A stretch of DNA of 64,000 nucleotides from Pseudomonadota bacterium (GCA_013112535.1 JABFGI010000001.1:306414-370413), one strand, 5' to 3'. Counted from the stretch's first letter, positions 41,169 to 52,176 are shown. Numbers and translations: made by a program. The notes: generated from the letters alone by a model not told the origin.

Positions 41169-42472
41169 ATCGTAATATTAATAAGGTTGTTGCTTGTGTG
41201 AGGAATGTCTTGTTCTGAAAGTGTTTCTTGCACACAAACAATTTTCCCGGTCGATAAACCACATTTTTCTATTTGATTGTTCAATAGTGATAAATTTGAA
41301 TTTATTAAGTCATTTAATATTTCGTTTTCTGACCATAATGTCGCGTTTACTTCTTTATCAATAACAGATAGCTTCGCAGAAATCGTTCCTATGTTCTCGA
41401 ACGTAATTTTCAGATCAGTTGCCCAGCGTAATTGTTGTTCATCATCTGATTTTGAATCTCTGTCAGCATGAATATTAAGTTTTAACAGATCAATATCCTG
41501 TTTATCTTTCACCGGCATTTCAATAGACCATAGAGGAGCCTGATTATCGTGCGTGACGATAGCTTTTGATTGATTGACTTCTATACGTGCAATGGATGAT
41601 TCTATGTGTTTACTAAGCATTTCAGTTTCTGCTTTTAAAGCTTGTTCAACCAGTTTATTCGAGTTTTGTACTTTTGCTGCATTACTTCTGGTACTTTCCG
41701 GAGATGTTAATTGAACTTGTTTAATAAAACCGTTCTCCTGATTTTTTATATTTTGTTTATACTTGTTGATGACATCTGACAGTTGTAACAAGTTAGTCTT
41801 CAGGTCTTTTGCGATTTCCAGATTTTGAGTCAATTGATGTGCTTGTGCGGTACTTTGCCCGGATGTTGACGATGACGCTTTTTGTGCTGGTAAGTTAGTT
41901 AGTTTTAAAAGCGAATCAGGTTTAGTCTTCACTTCTGTTAGTAATTTTGCTTCCAGAAAAATACCTGAATTCTTGATTGCAGTTTTTAAACCAGATTCAT
42001 TATTCAGGTTGTTTTTTACCGGCAATTGTTCAATTAATTTTTTAAACTGTTGCTCTATCGGTGCGGGAATAGTTTTAATGACATCTTTAACATTTTTTGA
42101 AACCTGAGCTAAAACAGAGGTTAGTTTTTCCATTCCTGCCTGTTTAGGCATGCTTTCCCGGAGTAGCTGTTGTTTAGCTTCATGAATTACCTTGGTTTGA
42201 TTTTGTTGTAATACCCGTAAAGTTACAGGATTGTCCTGTTTTTCTACGACCAGCTTTAGTTGGTCTCCGATATTAAGTGGCCTGCTTTGATCGGTTTTAG
42301 CTTCAATTTGTTGATTGCCAATTTGCAAAATAAATGAATCTGGCGAGTGTTTTTTTATTACAGTCGCATTTACTATTTGGCCGATAAACATTTGGGATAG
42401 GTTTAACTGTACCAATTTCACTGATGGCAGTGTTGGAGATGAAGTAGAAATAACTAACGGTTGAATATCCAT
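41165..42472 (-). CDS. FliK-like protein with C-terminal Flg_hook domain
   Basis: C-terminal ~80 aa (ISAKLSVIDKEVNATLWSEN...CGLSTGKIVCV) fits the hook-length-control C-terminal domain pattern; Gln/Asn-rich middle region. Overlaps the FlhB-like gene by 4 nt. Confidence 0.6.
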   Translation of the reverse strand: MDIQPLVISTSSPTLPSVKLVQLNLSQMFIGQIVNATVIKKHSPDSFILQIGNQQIEAKTDQSRPLNIGDQLKLVVEKQDNPVTLRVLQQNQTKVIHEAKQQLLRESMPKQAGMEKLTSVLAQVSKNVKDVIKTIPAPIEQQFKKLIEQLPVKNNLNNESGLKTAIKNSGIFLEAKLLTEVKTKPDSLLKLTNLPAQKASSSTSGQSTAQAHQLTQNLEIAKDLKTNLLQLSDVINKYKQNIKNQENGFIKQVQLTSPESTRSNAAKVQNSNKLVEQALKAETEMLSKHIESSIARIEVNQSKAIVTHDNQAPLWSIEMPVKDKQDIDLLKLNIHADRDSKSDDEQQLRWATDLKITFENIGTISAKLSVIDKEVNATLWSENEILNDLINSNLSLLNNQIEKCGLSTGKIVCVQETLSEQDIPHTSNNLINITI

Positions 42473-42543
42473 AAGGGTTTAACGGCATATTGGCATGAAA
42501 CTTGACCTGTTTTTCGTGATATTAATGAATTTGGAGGCTTGAT

Positions 42544-43422
42544 TTGGCTGAGCGAAGACTATGGTTTGTAAAGAGAAATGGCGAAATTAAGGGGCCATTT
42601 TTGTCGGCACAAATCACGAGAAATATTTTGCTTGGTCGACTTCGTTATGATGATGAAATAAGTCCTGATGAGCATAATTGGCAAAAAATCGATAAGCATC
42701 GGGAGCTTTACCCTGATGTTTTACAGGAAACTCCCGTCGATGAAGAAAAACTGGAAATTGCTAAAATGCAGGTTGACGAACGTGTTTCAGAAAAAAGACG
42801 CCAAAAAAACAAAATGGCGCAGGAAAGACGCAAAACAAGGGAACGACGCGGAACCGAATCTGAAATTATGTTGGTTCACAGGGAAAATAGAAATTCATTA
42901 AAAGAATTAGATAAAAAACATCTCAAGCGACCAAAGTTACCGGTGACTTCTATTGCTTTATTGATCATTGTGATGATGGTATTTGGTTTTGTTTTGAAAC
43001 CACAGGAAGAAAACGGATTAATTGATTGTTCCTTGCCAGCGGGTAAAGGGGTGAACTGGCATCATTGTCATTTTATAAATTTAAACATTGAAAATCAGAA
43101 TCTTGAATCAGCGATTTTAACTGAAGCTACTTTGAATGGAGCAAATTTAATGGGCGTTAATCTTTCCGGTGCAGATATGGCGTATGCGGTCATTAAATCA
43201 AGTGATTTGAGTTATGCCAATCTCGAGCGTGTACGTTTAATTGGTGCAAATTTAACGCAAACGGATATTCGTTATGCGAATTTGAAAAATGCTGATCTAT
43301 CTTATGCTGATTTAACTGGCGCACAACTTGCTGGAGCTGATTTGAGTAATGCTCAATTTAATAATACGATTTGGACGGATGGTAGACAATGTAAAAAAGG
43401 ATCTGTTGGTTCCTGTCGATAA
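42544..43422 (+). CDS. Membrane-anchored pentapeptide-repeat protein with N-terminal DUF4339/GYF-like domain
   Basis: N-terminal WFVKRNGEIKGPF motif, single TM, C-terminal A(N/D)LxxANLxGADL pentapeptide repeats. Confidence 0.7.
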   Translation: MAERRLWFVKRNGEIKGPFLSAQITRNILLGRLRYDDEISPDEHNWQKIDKHRELYPDVLQETPVDEEKLEIAKMQVDERVSEKRRQKNKMAQERRKTRERRGTESEIMLVHRENRNSLKELDKKHLKRPKLPVTSIALLIIVMMVFGFVLKPQEENGLIDCSLPAGKGVNWHHCHFINLNIENQNLESAILTEATLNGANLMGVNLSGADMAYAVIKSSDLSYANLERVRLIGANLTQTDIRYANLKNADLSYADLTGAQLAGADLSNAQFNNTIWTDGRQCKKGSVGSCR

Positions 43423-44787
43423 TTAATTATAATATTCAGCAGTATAACGCCAGGCTTTTTCTGGCGAATCGGATGCAGCTATTCCAGCTTTTCTTTTTAA
43501 TTCATTTAAAAACTGTCCAGACTCCTTTAAGGATTCCCACACAACTGGTAAAAATGTAGCTCGGGCATTGTTTTTGGAAATAATTAAACCATCGACACCG
43601 GGACGTAATTTAGCCAACAAGTCTTGTTCGTCAGCAAAAGGTAGTGGTGATGCCGGCGTTAATATCGATAAACTGATTTCAACGTGTTTATATTCTTCTT
43701 CAGTTAATGGTTTAAAACGCGGATCAGAAAATGCAGCAGCATGAGCATAGTGCGCAACGGCATCAATTAAAGGCGCATGTGCCTCCGTTGTGCCTATGCA
43801 ACCACGTAATTGACCATTCAGTTTTAACGTAATAAATACAGCATAATTTTTCTTGAGATGTTCCGAAACGTCTTTTGTTTCAGGCTCAAATGCTTTTCCT
43901 GTTTTAAATCCCTGTTCAATACTTTTATGAATGATATTAAAGATCAATGCTTCATCTTCTTTATTAAGAATTCTGTTTTCAAATAAAGCATAAGCACCAT
44001 AACCGACAACACGGTCTTTTGTACCTGCTGTGTCACCTGAATTACGTAAATCCACCGTCTTGATAGACATGTTTTTTTCTTGAGCCAGTTTTAATAAACC
44101 GCGCATGGGCATACAACCACAAGCCTGTTTGGAACCAATATTTTTATAATCGAATTTTTCAATAAGATGTGTTGTGTCGTTATCTGTTTTGCATGCTGTT
44201 TCATAATCCAGGTAGTGACTAAGATCAGAACTTATAACAATTAAGGTTTCATCTCCGCCCCACAGTTCTTCAAGAATCGTTGCAACCTGCTCAGGTGTGG
44301 CATCACCAACTAATACTGGTAGAAGAACAAAATTGTTTAATACTTTCTGTAAAAAAGGAATGTGTACTTCTAAACTATGTTCCTGTTCGTGAGCTTCATC
44401 TAAAAATTGAACGAAAGGATGCGTGCTAATATTTTTAAGGCTATCTGTATCAACCGGTACATTACCGAGAGGTGAAGCAAAATGGGTATTACCGGGTAAT
44501 GCCAATCCTCTTACATAAACTCTATGTGTCGGGCCTAATAACACGACACGAGTAATTTTCGTTTTTAACTTTACAAGATTTGAGTAAACACTGGCCGCTA
44601 TCTGGCCTGAATAAATATAGCCGGCATGAGGTGCAATAATCGCTTTTGGTGCTGCAATTTCGACAGTTGCTATAGAAAGGTATTCCTCTAGCATGCTATT
44701 CAACTGGCTGGTGTTTTTGGGATAAAAGCTACCCGCAACTGCTGTTGGTCTAATAGAAAGAGGTTGATTCATTGACGTTACACCCAT
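43423..44787 (-). CDS. Fusion of AmmeMemoRadiSam system protein B (Memo-like) and protein A (AMMECR1 domain)
   Basis: N-terminal about 270 aa Memo/MEMO1-like (GSFYP...APHAGY). C-terminal about 180 aa AMMECR1 (RGCIGT motif). Confidence 0.8.
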   Translation of the reverse strand: MGVTSMNQPLSIRPTAVAGSFYPKNTSQLNSMLEEYLSIATVEIAAPKAIIAPHAGYIYSGQIAASVYSNLVKLKTKITRVVLLGPTHRVYVRGLALPGNTHFASPLGNVPVDTDSLKNISTHPFVQFLDEAHEQEHSLEVHIPFLQKVLNNFVLLPVLVGDATPEQVATILEELWGGDETLIVISSDLSHYLDYETACKTDNDTTHLIEKFDYKNIGSKQACGCMPMRGLLKLAQEKNMSIKTVDLRNSGDTAGTKDRVVGYGAYALFENRILNKEDEALIFNIIHKSIEQGFKTGKAFEPETKDVSEHLKKNYAVFITLKLNGQLRGCIGTTEAHAPLIDAVAHYAHAAAFSDPRFKPLTEEEYKHVEISLSILTPASPLPFADEQDLLAKLRPGVDGLIISKNNARATFLPVVWESLKESGQFLNELKRKAGIAASDSPEKAWRYTAEYYN

Positions 44788-44850
44788 ATATACTAGATTA
44801 GTAAACCATATTAAATTATAGGACTAAACTTATCTTATAGTCATTCATTC

Positions 44851-45954
44851 TTGGATATCATGAATAGCAACACGGTTAAAACAAAATATTGGCATAAACT
44901 CGATGATGGTCGTGTTCAGTGTGACCTTTGTCCCCGGGCATGCAAATTGAAAGACGGGCAAACAGGGCTTTGTTTTGTTCGCGCTTGTCTGGATGAACAA
45001 ATTGTTTTAACGACTTATGGACGTTCCAGTGGATTTTGTATTGATCCGATTGAGAAAAAACCACTCAATCATTTTTACCCTGGAACATCGGTTCTTTCTT
45101 TTGGTACCGCAGGATGTAATCTGGCCTGTAAATTTTGTCAAAATTGGGATATCAGTAAATCACGAGAAATGGACACACTTGCTGATGTTGCCAGTCCTGA
45201 AACATTGGCACAAGCGGCAAAAAAAACAGGCTGTCGCAGTATTGCATTTACCTATAATGATCCGGTGATTTTTCATGAATATGCTATTGATGTTGCTCAG
45301 GCTTGTCATGAGAAAGAAATAAAAACTGTTGCTGTTTCAGCAGGTTATGTGTCACCAGAGCCTAGAGCAGAGTTTTATAAGTACATTGATGCAGTTAATA
45401 TTGACTTGAAAGCCTTTAGCGAGGATTTTTATCACAAAATCACTGGAAGTCATCTCGCTCCCGTTCTGGAAACGTTGTCTTATCTTAAACATGAAACCAA
45501 TGTTTGGTTTGAAATAACTAACTTGTTAATTCCTGGTGAAAATGATTCGGACAAAGAGATAAATGAAATGACAAAATGGATTATTTCAGAGTTGGGTCCC
45601 GATGTACCACTGCACTTTTCCGCCTTTCATCCCGATTGGAAAATGCGAAATATTCCAAGAACAAGTTTGAAAAGTTTACAAAAAGCGAGATCTATTGCCA
45701 TCATGAACGGCTTACATTATGTCTACACTGGGAATGTCCACGATCCGGAAGGGGATACGACCTATTGTTATGAATGTGGAGAGGAACTTATCGTTCGTGA
45801 TTGGTATGAGATTAAAAACTGGAATTTAGGAGCAAATGGAAATTGTCCTAAATGTAATACAGTGTGTGCCGGTGAGTTTGAGCCAAACCACGGAAACTGG
45901 GGCTCAAAAAGGGTTCCAGTGAGGCTAGACGGTTTTTTGGCTAATGCTAATTAA
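44851..45954 (+). CDS. AmmeMemoRadiSam system radical SAM enzyme
   Basis: CNLACKFCQNW radical-SAM cluster motif and N-terminal Cys-rich segment; divergent from the Memo-AMMECR1 gene. Confidence 0.8.
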   Translation: MDIMNSNTVKTKYWHKLDDGRVQCDLCPRACKLKDGQTGLCFVRACLDEQIVLTTYGRSSGFCIDPIEKKPLNHFYPGTSVLSFGTAGCNLACKFCQNWDISKSREMDTLADVASPETLAQAAKKTGCRSIAFTYNDPVIFHEYAIDVAQACHEKEIKTVAVSAGYVSPEPRAEFYKYIDAVNIDLKAFSEDFYHKITGSHLAPVLETLSYLKHETNVWFEITNLLIPGENDSDKEINEMTKWIISELGPDVPLHFSAFHPDWKMRNIPRTSLKSLQKARSIAIMNGLHYVYTGNVHDPEGDTTYCYECGEELIVRDWYEIKNWNLGANGNCPKCNTVCAGEFEPNHGNWGSKRVPVRLDGFLANAN

Positions 45955-45973
45955 ATCAATCGCATAAAGTGTC

Positions 45974-46002
45974 TTGAAAATCATCATTTAGCACTGTACT
46001 AT
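45974..46002 (+). promoter_or_regulatory. Sigma-70 promoter for the metY-rimP-nusA-infB operon
   Basis: TTGAAA, 17 nt, TACTAT, followed by a GC-rich discriminator GCGCCACC just upstream of the tRNA. Confidence 0.5.
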
Positions 46003-46015
46003 GCGCCACCTCTGA

Positions 46016-46092
46016 TGCGGGGTGGAGCAGTCTGGCAGCTCGTCGGGCTCATAACCCGAAGGTCGCAGGTTCAAATCCTGCCCCCGCTACCA
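46016..46092 (+). tRNA. metY: Initiator tRNA-fMet (anticodon CAU)
   Basis: Near-identical to E. coli tRNA-fMet: three G:C pairs in the anticodon stem, non-Watson-Crick 1:72, A73, CCA encoded. Upstream of rimP-nusA as in E. coli. Confidence 0.9.
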
Positions 46093-46283
46093 ATTTCTAA
46101 TACAAAATTGGTTATATATATCAGAATGATTAAGACCCCTGTATTGGGGTTTTTTGCTATATGGGTAATTGGTCTATCAATAAGGCAGTTTGTAGCATGC
46201 CCTATTTAAACTGGCTATAATTACCAATTGAATTTTATGTATTAAATTAAGTGGGCCTTGAGCCCCTTTTTTGTTTCAGGCTT

Positions 46284-46739
46284 ATGGTTAGACAAAATCA
46301 GGTTCTATTCGATTTATTTGAGAGTGAAGTGACCACATTAGGTTATGAATTGCTTGGTATTGAATTAAATCAGAGTACACATGGTTCAATCTTACGGGTC
46401 TATATCGACAAAGAAGGTGGAATCGTTGTTGAGGACTGTGTTGCGGTGAGTCGACAACTTTCAGGTGTACTTGATGTTGAAGATCCCATTAAGGGACATT
46501 ATGACCTTGAGGTATCTTCACCGGGTTTGGATAGACCGCTGTTTACAGTAGAGCAGTATAAAAAGTTTATCGGTGAAACCATCAAACTAAGATTGTTTGA
46601 AAAAGTTGAGAATAGAAAACGTTTTTCAGGTGTTTTAAAAGCAGTTGATGACGACGAAATCGTGATTGATTGTGATAATGAGGAATATAACGTGCCTTTT
46701 AGATTGATTGAACGTGCCCGTTTGGTTCCACAGTTTTGA
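46284..46739 (+). CDS. rimP: Ribosome maturation factor RimP
   Basis: VLDVEDPI...LEVSSPGLDRPLF conserved core; start trimmed to the internal ATG. Confidence 0.85.
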   Translation: MVRQNQVLFDLFESEVTTLGYELLGIELNQSTHGSILRVYIDKEGGIVVEDCVAVSRQLSGVLDVEDPIKGHYDLEVSSPGLDRPLFTVEQYKKFIGETIKLRLFEKVENRKRFSGVLKAVDDDEIVIDCDNEEYNVPFRLIERARLVPQF

Positions 46740-46761
46740 TTCATATTAATGAGTAGAGTAA

Positions 46762-48285
46762 ATGAATAAAGAAATATTAATGGTTGTTGATGTTGTTTCT
46801 AATGAAAAAGGTGTTGCTAAGGACATTATTTTTGAAGCAATCGAAGCTGCGCTTGCCAGTGCAACCAAAAAACGAAATCGTGAAGACATAGAAGCACGGG
46901 TTGCCATTGATCGTGAAACCGGTGATTACGATACTTTCCGTTGTTGGGAAGTGGTTGATGATGAACCCGAATCACTTGAAGCATCAACAAGACAAGTTTC
47001 CCTGTCAGATGCTAAAGAGAAGAACCCTGATATAGAAATTGGCCAATACATTGAAGAGCCTATGGATTCTGTTGAATTTGGCCGAATTGCGGCACAAGCA
47101 GCCAAGCAGGTTATTGTACAGAAAGTACGTGAAGCAGAGCGTGCACAAGTGCTGGATGCTTATGAAGATCGCGTTGGTGAGATGGTCAGCGGTGTCGTAA
47201 AGCGCTCAGAACGCAGTGGCATTATTCTCGATTTAGGTAGTAATGCTGAAGCGTTTATTCCGAGAGAAGAGTTGATCCCTCGTGAAGCGATTCGTCCGGG
47301 TGATCGCATTCGAGCATATCTAAAAGAAATAAAACCGGAAGTGACACGTGGACCACAATTGTATCTTAGCCGTACTGCACCGGAACTGTTAATCGATTTA
47401 TTTAAAATCGAAGTGCCGGAAATCAATGAGGGCATGATTGATATAATTAATGGTGCCAGAGACCCGGGAGCCAGAGCTAAAATTGCCGTTAAAGCAAATG
47501 ATCCAAGAATCGATCCTATCGGTGCTTGCGTAGGCATGCGAGGTTCCAGAGTTCAAGCTGTATCCAATGAATTGGGTGGAGAACGTGTTGACATTATTCT
47601 TTGGGATGAAAACCCGGCTCAGTTTGTTATTAATGCAATGGCTCCTGCAGAAGTGGCCTCGATTATGGTTGATGAAGATGAACATACAATGGATGTTGCT
47701 GTGGCTGAAGAAAACCTGTCCCAGGCAATTGGTCGTGGTGGTCAAAATGTAAAACTTGCCAGTGAATTAACCGGTTGGGTGCTCAATGTCATGTCGGTTG
47801 AGCAAGCTGATGAGAAAAACGAAGCAGAAGCAGAAACACTTCAAGCCATGTTTATGGAAGAGCTTGATGTTGATGAAGAAATGGCCCTTATTCTAGTACA
47901 GGAAGGGTTTTCAAGTGTTGAAGAAGTGGCATATGTACCAGAAAAGGAAATGCTGGCTATTGAAGAGTTTGATGATGAATTAGTTAGTGAATTACGCGGT
48001 CGTGCCAATGATGTGATGTTGACACGTGCGATTGCGAAAGAAGAAAAGCTAGGTGATGCTAAACCAGCTGAGGACTTGTTAACAATGGAAGGTATGACTG
48101 AAGAGTTAGCCTATGAATTGGCAGGTAAAGGCGCTGTAACCATGGATGATTTAGCAGAATTGTCAGTTGATGAATTGATGGATGTGTCATCCATGCTTGA
48201 TAAAGAGAGTGCAGGGAAATTAATTATGACTGCACGTATTCCCTGGTTTGAATCCGAAGAATCAAGTGAAGAGGAAGTTAATTAA
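46762..48285 (+). CDS. nusA: Transcription termination/antitermination factor NusA
   Basis: N-terminus MNKEIL..VSNEKG, S1 and KH domains, acidic C-terminal AR repeats. Confidence 0.95.
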   Translation: MNKEILMVVDVVSNEKGVAKDIIFEAIEAALASATKKRNREDIEARVAIDRETGDYDTFRCWEVVDDEPESLEASTRQVSLSDAKEKNPDIEIGQYIEEPMDSVEFGRIAAQAAKQVIVQKVREAERAQVLDAYEDRVGEMVSGVVKRSERSGIILDLGSNAEAFIPREELIPREAIRPGDRIRAYLKEIKPEVTRGPQLYLSRTAPELLIDLFKIEVPEINEGMIDIINGARDPGARAKIAVKANDPRIDPIGACVGMRGSRVQAVSNELGGERVDIILWDENPAQFVINAMAPAEVASIMVDEDEHTMDVAVAEENLSQAIGRGGQNVKLASELTGWVLNVMSVEQADEKNEAEAETLQAMFMEELDVDEEMALILVQEGFSSVEEVAYVPEKEMLAIEEFDDELVSELRGRANDVMLTRAIAKEEKLGDAKPAEDLLTMEGMTEELAYELAGKGAVTMDDLAELSVDELMDVSSMLDKESAGKLIMTARIPWFESEESSEEEVN

Positions 48286-50789
48286 TGCCTGAAGTTACCG
48301 TCAGTGAATTTGCCGCCGATGTCGGAGTGCCTGTTGAGCGCATTCAAGAACAGTTGGTTGAGGCAGGGCTTTCTAAAAAGAAAGCCGATGAGGTTATTTC
48401 CGATTCTGAAAAATCGGAGTTATTAGCTTTTTTAAGAAAGAAACACGGTAAAGATGAAGGCGCAAAAAAAATAACATTACGACGAAAAATAACGAGTGAA
48501 CTCAAGGTTAATGTTGCAAGTCAGGGTCGAGCTAAACCTCAATCAAAGACAGTTAATGTAGAGTTTCGTAAAAAACGTACATATGCAAAGCGTGGCGATC
48601 TTGCTGAAACAGCAAAACAGGAACAAGAAGCAGCTGCCGCGAAGTTAGCTGAAGAAGAAGCAGCTGCTGCAAAGAAATTAGCTGATGAAGAAGCAGCAAA
48701 GCAAGCAGAAGAAAATGCTGCAGCTGAAGCAAAGGCAAAAGCTGAAGCTGAGGCTGAGGCTGCCGCCAAGAAGGAAGCAGTAGAGGCAGCAGCTGCAGTT
48801 GTGGAAACGCCTGTTGAACCAGTAGTTGAAATTAAACCTGAACCGCCTGTTGTCGAACAAGCAGATTCAAAGAAATCATCAAAAGATAAAAAAGAACGTA
48901 CACGTCATGGCCGTGAAGAGTTGCATGTTGCCAGTAAAGGTTCAGGTAGAAGACGCAATAAAAAAACCAAGCGACAAACAGTTGTACAACAATCAGGAAG
49001 TCAACAACATGGTTTTGAAAAACCGACAGCACCAGTCGTAAAAGATATCGATATCCCCGAAAGTATTTCTGTCGCTGATTTAGCGCAACGTATGTCGGTT
49101 AAAAGTTCTGAGGTCATTAAAGTAATGATGGGCCTGGGTACGATGGCAACTATCAATCAAATTATCGATCAAGATACGGCTGCTATTGTAGTTGAGGAAA
49201 TGGGGCATAATCCCAAATTGAAAAAAGAGAATGCGCTTGAGGAAGAAATGATTCAGGCAACTCAGCAAGATGGTGAGCAAGTAACTCGCGCACCTGTTGT
49301 GACTATTATGGGGCACGTTGATCATGGTAAAACTTCATTACTGGATTATATTCGTCGTAGTAAAGTTGCGGCTGGTGAAGCCGGTGGTATTACACAACAT
49401 ATTGGTGCCTATCGAGTAAGTACTGATAATGGTGAAATTACTTTTCTTGATACTCCCGGCCATGAAGCATTTACTGCAATGCGTGCCCGTGGAGCAAAAG
49501 TAACCGATATCGTTATTATTGTTGTTGCTGCTGATGATGGTGTCATGCCGCAGACTGAAGAAGCGGTTAAACATGCCAAGGCATCAGAAGTGCCTATCAT
49601 TATTGCGGTAAATAAAATTGATAAAGAGAATGCTGATCCTGAACGTGTTAAACAGGAATTATCTAAATTCGAAGTTATCCCTGAAGACTGGGGTGGTGAT
49701 ACGCAGTTTATCAATGTTTCAGCGCATACGGGTGAAGGTGTTGATGCTTTATTAGAAAGTATTTTATTACAATCGGAAATTCTTGAGTTGAAAGCCGTTG
49801 CTACAGGCGCTGCTTCAGGAGCGGTTATTGAAGCTCGGTTAGATAAAGGTCGTGGTCCTGTTGCCAGTATTCTTGTTCAAAATGGAACGCTTAATAAAGG
49901 TGATGTTGTTTTAAGTGGTCATGAATTTGGTCGTGTACGAGCAATGATTGATGATCTGGGTAATGAAGTTGCCACTGCTGGACCTTCAACACCAGTCGAG
50001 ATTCTTGGTTTATCTGGAACACCTAATGCAGGTGATGAAATGATAGTTGTTCCTGATGAAAAGAAAGCCAGAGAAATTGCCTTGTTTAGACAAGGTAAAT
50101 ATCGCGAAACAAAAATGGCACAACAACAAGCTTCCAAGCTTGAAAATATTATGAACCAAATGGCTGAAGGTGAGATTGCGGCCTTGAATTTATTAGTTAA
50201 GGCTGATGTGCATGGTTCATCAGAAGCATTAGTTGATGCGTTATCTCGCTTAAGTACTGATGAAGTCAGAGTGAGTATTGTAAGTAGTGGTGTCGGTGGA
50301 ATAACCGAGACAGATATAAATTTAGCGATTACTTCAAAAGCGGTTGTTATCGGTTTTAATGTCCGTGCTGATGCCAGTGCGCGTAAATTAATTGATGCAG
50401 AAGGTGTCGACCTGCGTTATTACAGCATTATTTATGATGTTATCGATGATGTTAAAGCTGCGCTTAGTGGCATGTTGTCGCCAGATATACGTGAACAGAT
50501 TACCGGTGTTGCTGAAGTCAAAGAAGTTTTCCGTTCTCCAAAATTTGGAGATATAGCAGGTTGTATGGTGACTTCAGGTCGCGTTAATCGAAATAATCCT
50601 ATTCGTGTATTACGCGATAATGTTGTTATTTATGAAGGTGAGTTGGAATCTTTACGTCGTTTTAAAGATGATGTGAATGAAGTTAAGTCAGGTACTGACT
50701 GTGGTATCGGCGTGAAGAATTATAACGATGTACAACCGGGTGATCAGATTGAAGTGTTTGAACGCGTCAGTGTCGAACGAACAATCTAG
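48285..50789 (+). CDS. infB: Translation initiation factor IF-2
   Basis: G-domain motifs ([17 protein letters not shown]), Ala/Glu/Lys-rich N-terminal low-complexity region. Confidence 0.95.
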   Translation: MPEVTVSEFAADVGVPVERIQEQLVEAGLSKKKADEVISDSEKSELLAFLRKKHGKDEGAKKITLRRKITSELKVNVASQGRAKPQSKTVNVEFRKKRTYAKRGDLAETAKQEQEAAAAKLAEEEAAAAKKLADEEAAKQAEENAAAEAKAKAEAEAEAAAKKEAVEAAAAVVETPVEPVVEIKPEPPVVEQADSKKSSKDKKERTRHGREELHVASKGSGRRRNKKTKRQTVVQQSGSQQHGFEKPTAPVVKDIDIPESISVADLAQRMSVKSSEVIKVMMGLGTMATINQIIDQDTAAIVVEEMGHNPKLKKENALEEEMIQATQQDGEQVTRAPVVTIMGHVDHGKTSLLDYIRRSKVAAGEAGGITQHIGAYRVSTDNGEITFLDTPGHEAFTAMRARGAKVTDIVIIVVAADDGVMPQTEEAVKHAKASEVPIIIAVNKIDKENADPERVKQELSKFEVIPEDWGGDTQFINVSAHTGEGVDALLESILLQSEILELKAVATGAASGAVIEARLDKGRGPVASILVQNGTLNKGDVVLSGHEFGRVRAMIDDLGNEVATAGPSTPVEILGLSGTPNAGDEMIVVPDEKKAREIALFRQGKYRETKMAQQQASKLENIMNQMAEGEIAALNLLVKADVHGSSEALVDALSRLSTDEVRVSIVSSGVGGITETDINLAITSKAVVIGFNVRADASARKLIDAEGVDLRYYSIIYDVIDDVKAALSGMLSPDIREQITGVAEVKEVFRSPKFGDIAGCMVTSGRVNRNNPIRVLRDNVVIYEGELESLRRFKDDVNEVKSGTDCGIGVKNYNDVQPGDQIEVFERVSVERTI

Positions 50790-50798
50790 TTATTACAG

Positions 50799-51197
50799 AT
50801 GCCAAAAGAATTCGGGCGAAACCAACGCGTTGCCCAGTTTATAAAAGAAGAACTTTCTGTCCTGGTTCAACGCGAGTTTCCTTTAAACCAGTACGGGATG
50901 ATTACATTAACGAATGTTGAGGTAAGTCCTGATTTGGGAAGTGCCATTATTTATCTTACTAGTTTAAAAAGCGGTTCCAGCGACTCCGATACACAAGCTA
51001 AAGAAAAACTGGTTGCGGAATTGAATGAACAAAAGGGCCAGTTTCGACAAGAGTTATCTCGTATGTTGACTTCAAGAGGTGTACCAACCTTACGTTTCAA
51101 ATATGATGAGTCAATCGAACGAGCTCAACGTCTTACCGACATTATTAATTCAGTCAGTCAAACCGATAGTCAGAGTGATGACGAATCATCCAGTTAA
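50799..51197 (+). CDS. rbfA: Ribosome-binding factor A
   Basis: RbfA KH-like core; operon position. Confidence 0.9.
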   Translation: MPKEFGRNQRVAQFIKEELSVLVQREFPLNQYGMITLTNVEVSPDLGSAIIYLTSLKSGSSDSDTQAKEKLVAELNEQKGQFRQELSRMLTSRGVPTLRFKYDESIERAQRLTDIINSVSQTDSQSDDESSS

Positions 51198-51215
51198 TCG
51201 CTGTTAGTTTTCAAA

Positions 51216-52154
51216 ATGTCCCGACAAAGAAAAAAGCGCGGTAGAAATATCAGCGGGATTCTCGTGTTAGATAAACCGACTGGTATGAGTTCTAATGGTG
51301 CTTTGCAACATGTAAAACGACTCTACAATGCAAATAAGGCTGGTCATACCGGTAATCTTGATGTCCCTGCGACAGGTTTATTACCTGTTTGCCTGGGTGA
51401 AGCAACCAAGGTTTCTGCCTATCTATTAGATTCGAACAAGGCATATCGTGCTCGTTGTAAACTAGGTATTATGACGACGACAGGTGACGCTACCGGAGAA
51501 GCGGTCAAACAAATGGATGTGCCTGAAATTACAGAATCAACGTTAAAGCGGGCGTTTAATGAATTCATTGGTGAAATTGAACAGGTTCCACCCATGTATT
51601 CTGCGCTTAAACATAATGGCAAGCGCCTTTATGAATTGGCGTATAAGGGTATTGAAGTGGAACGTAAGGCAAGAAATATTAGTATTTTTAATCTTACGCT
51701 GATTGAGTTTAGTCATGATGAGTTTGAAATCGAAGTTTCTTGTTCCAAGGGGACGTATATCAGGACATTGGCAGAAGATATCGGACAATCTTTGGGCTGT
51801 GGCGCGCATATTCTGACGTTGCGTAGACTGCAAGCGGGACCATTTGAAGAATCACAGATGATAACACCGGACAAATTACAGGATATTGCTGAACAAGGGA
51901 TAGAGCAGCTTGATCGTTTATTGCTACCAATGGATTTTGCCTTAATGGATTTTCCTGAAGTACGGCTTTCTGAGGATATGGCTTATTATCTGTGTCAGGG
52001 ACAGGCTGTTACGGTGTCAGGCTTGCCAAAATCAGGCCGATTGAGGATATATAACAATTCAGAGCAGTTTCTTGGCGTGGGTGAGGTTTCGGAGGATGGC
52101 CTATTAGCTCCTAAGCGATTGATAAATAATGACTTAACAGGAACTAGCGAATAG
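51216..52154 (+). CDS. truB: tRNA pseudouridine-55 synthase
   Basis: GILVLDKP...GHTGNLD catalytic motif; PUA domain at the C-terminus. Confidence 0.95.
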   Translation: MSRQRKKRGRNISGILVLDKPTGMSSNGALQHVKRLYNANKAGHTGNLDVPATGLLPVCLGEATKVSAYLLDSNKAYRARCKLGIMTTTGDATGEAVKQMDVPEITESTLKRAFNEFIGEIEQVPPMYSALKHNGKRLYELAYKGIEVERKARNISIFNLTLIEFSHDEFEIEVSCSKGTYIRTLAEDIGQSLGCGAHILTLRRLQAGPFEESQMITPDKLQDIAEQGIEQLDRLLLPMDFALMDFPEVRLSEDMAYYLCQGQAVTVSGLPKSGRLRIYNNSEQFLGVGEVSEDGLLAPKRLINNDLTGTSE

Positions 52155-52176
52155 CTAGAAAAAAATGATGTTTCGC

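Noticed and set aside
46015-46209. 64-aa ORF overlapping the tRNA-fMet gene
   Set aside because: Overlaps a clear tRNA and its flank. No ribosome-binding site and no conservation logic.
48539-49041. Several 60-80-aa ORFs (Ala- or Leu/Gln-rich) on both strands inside infB
   Set aside because: They lie within the GCT/GAA-repeat low-complexity N-terminal region of IF2. Such repeats give long open frames in other phases, and infB coding is unambiguous.
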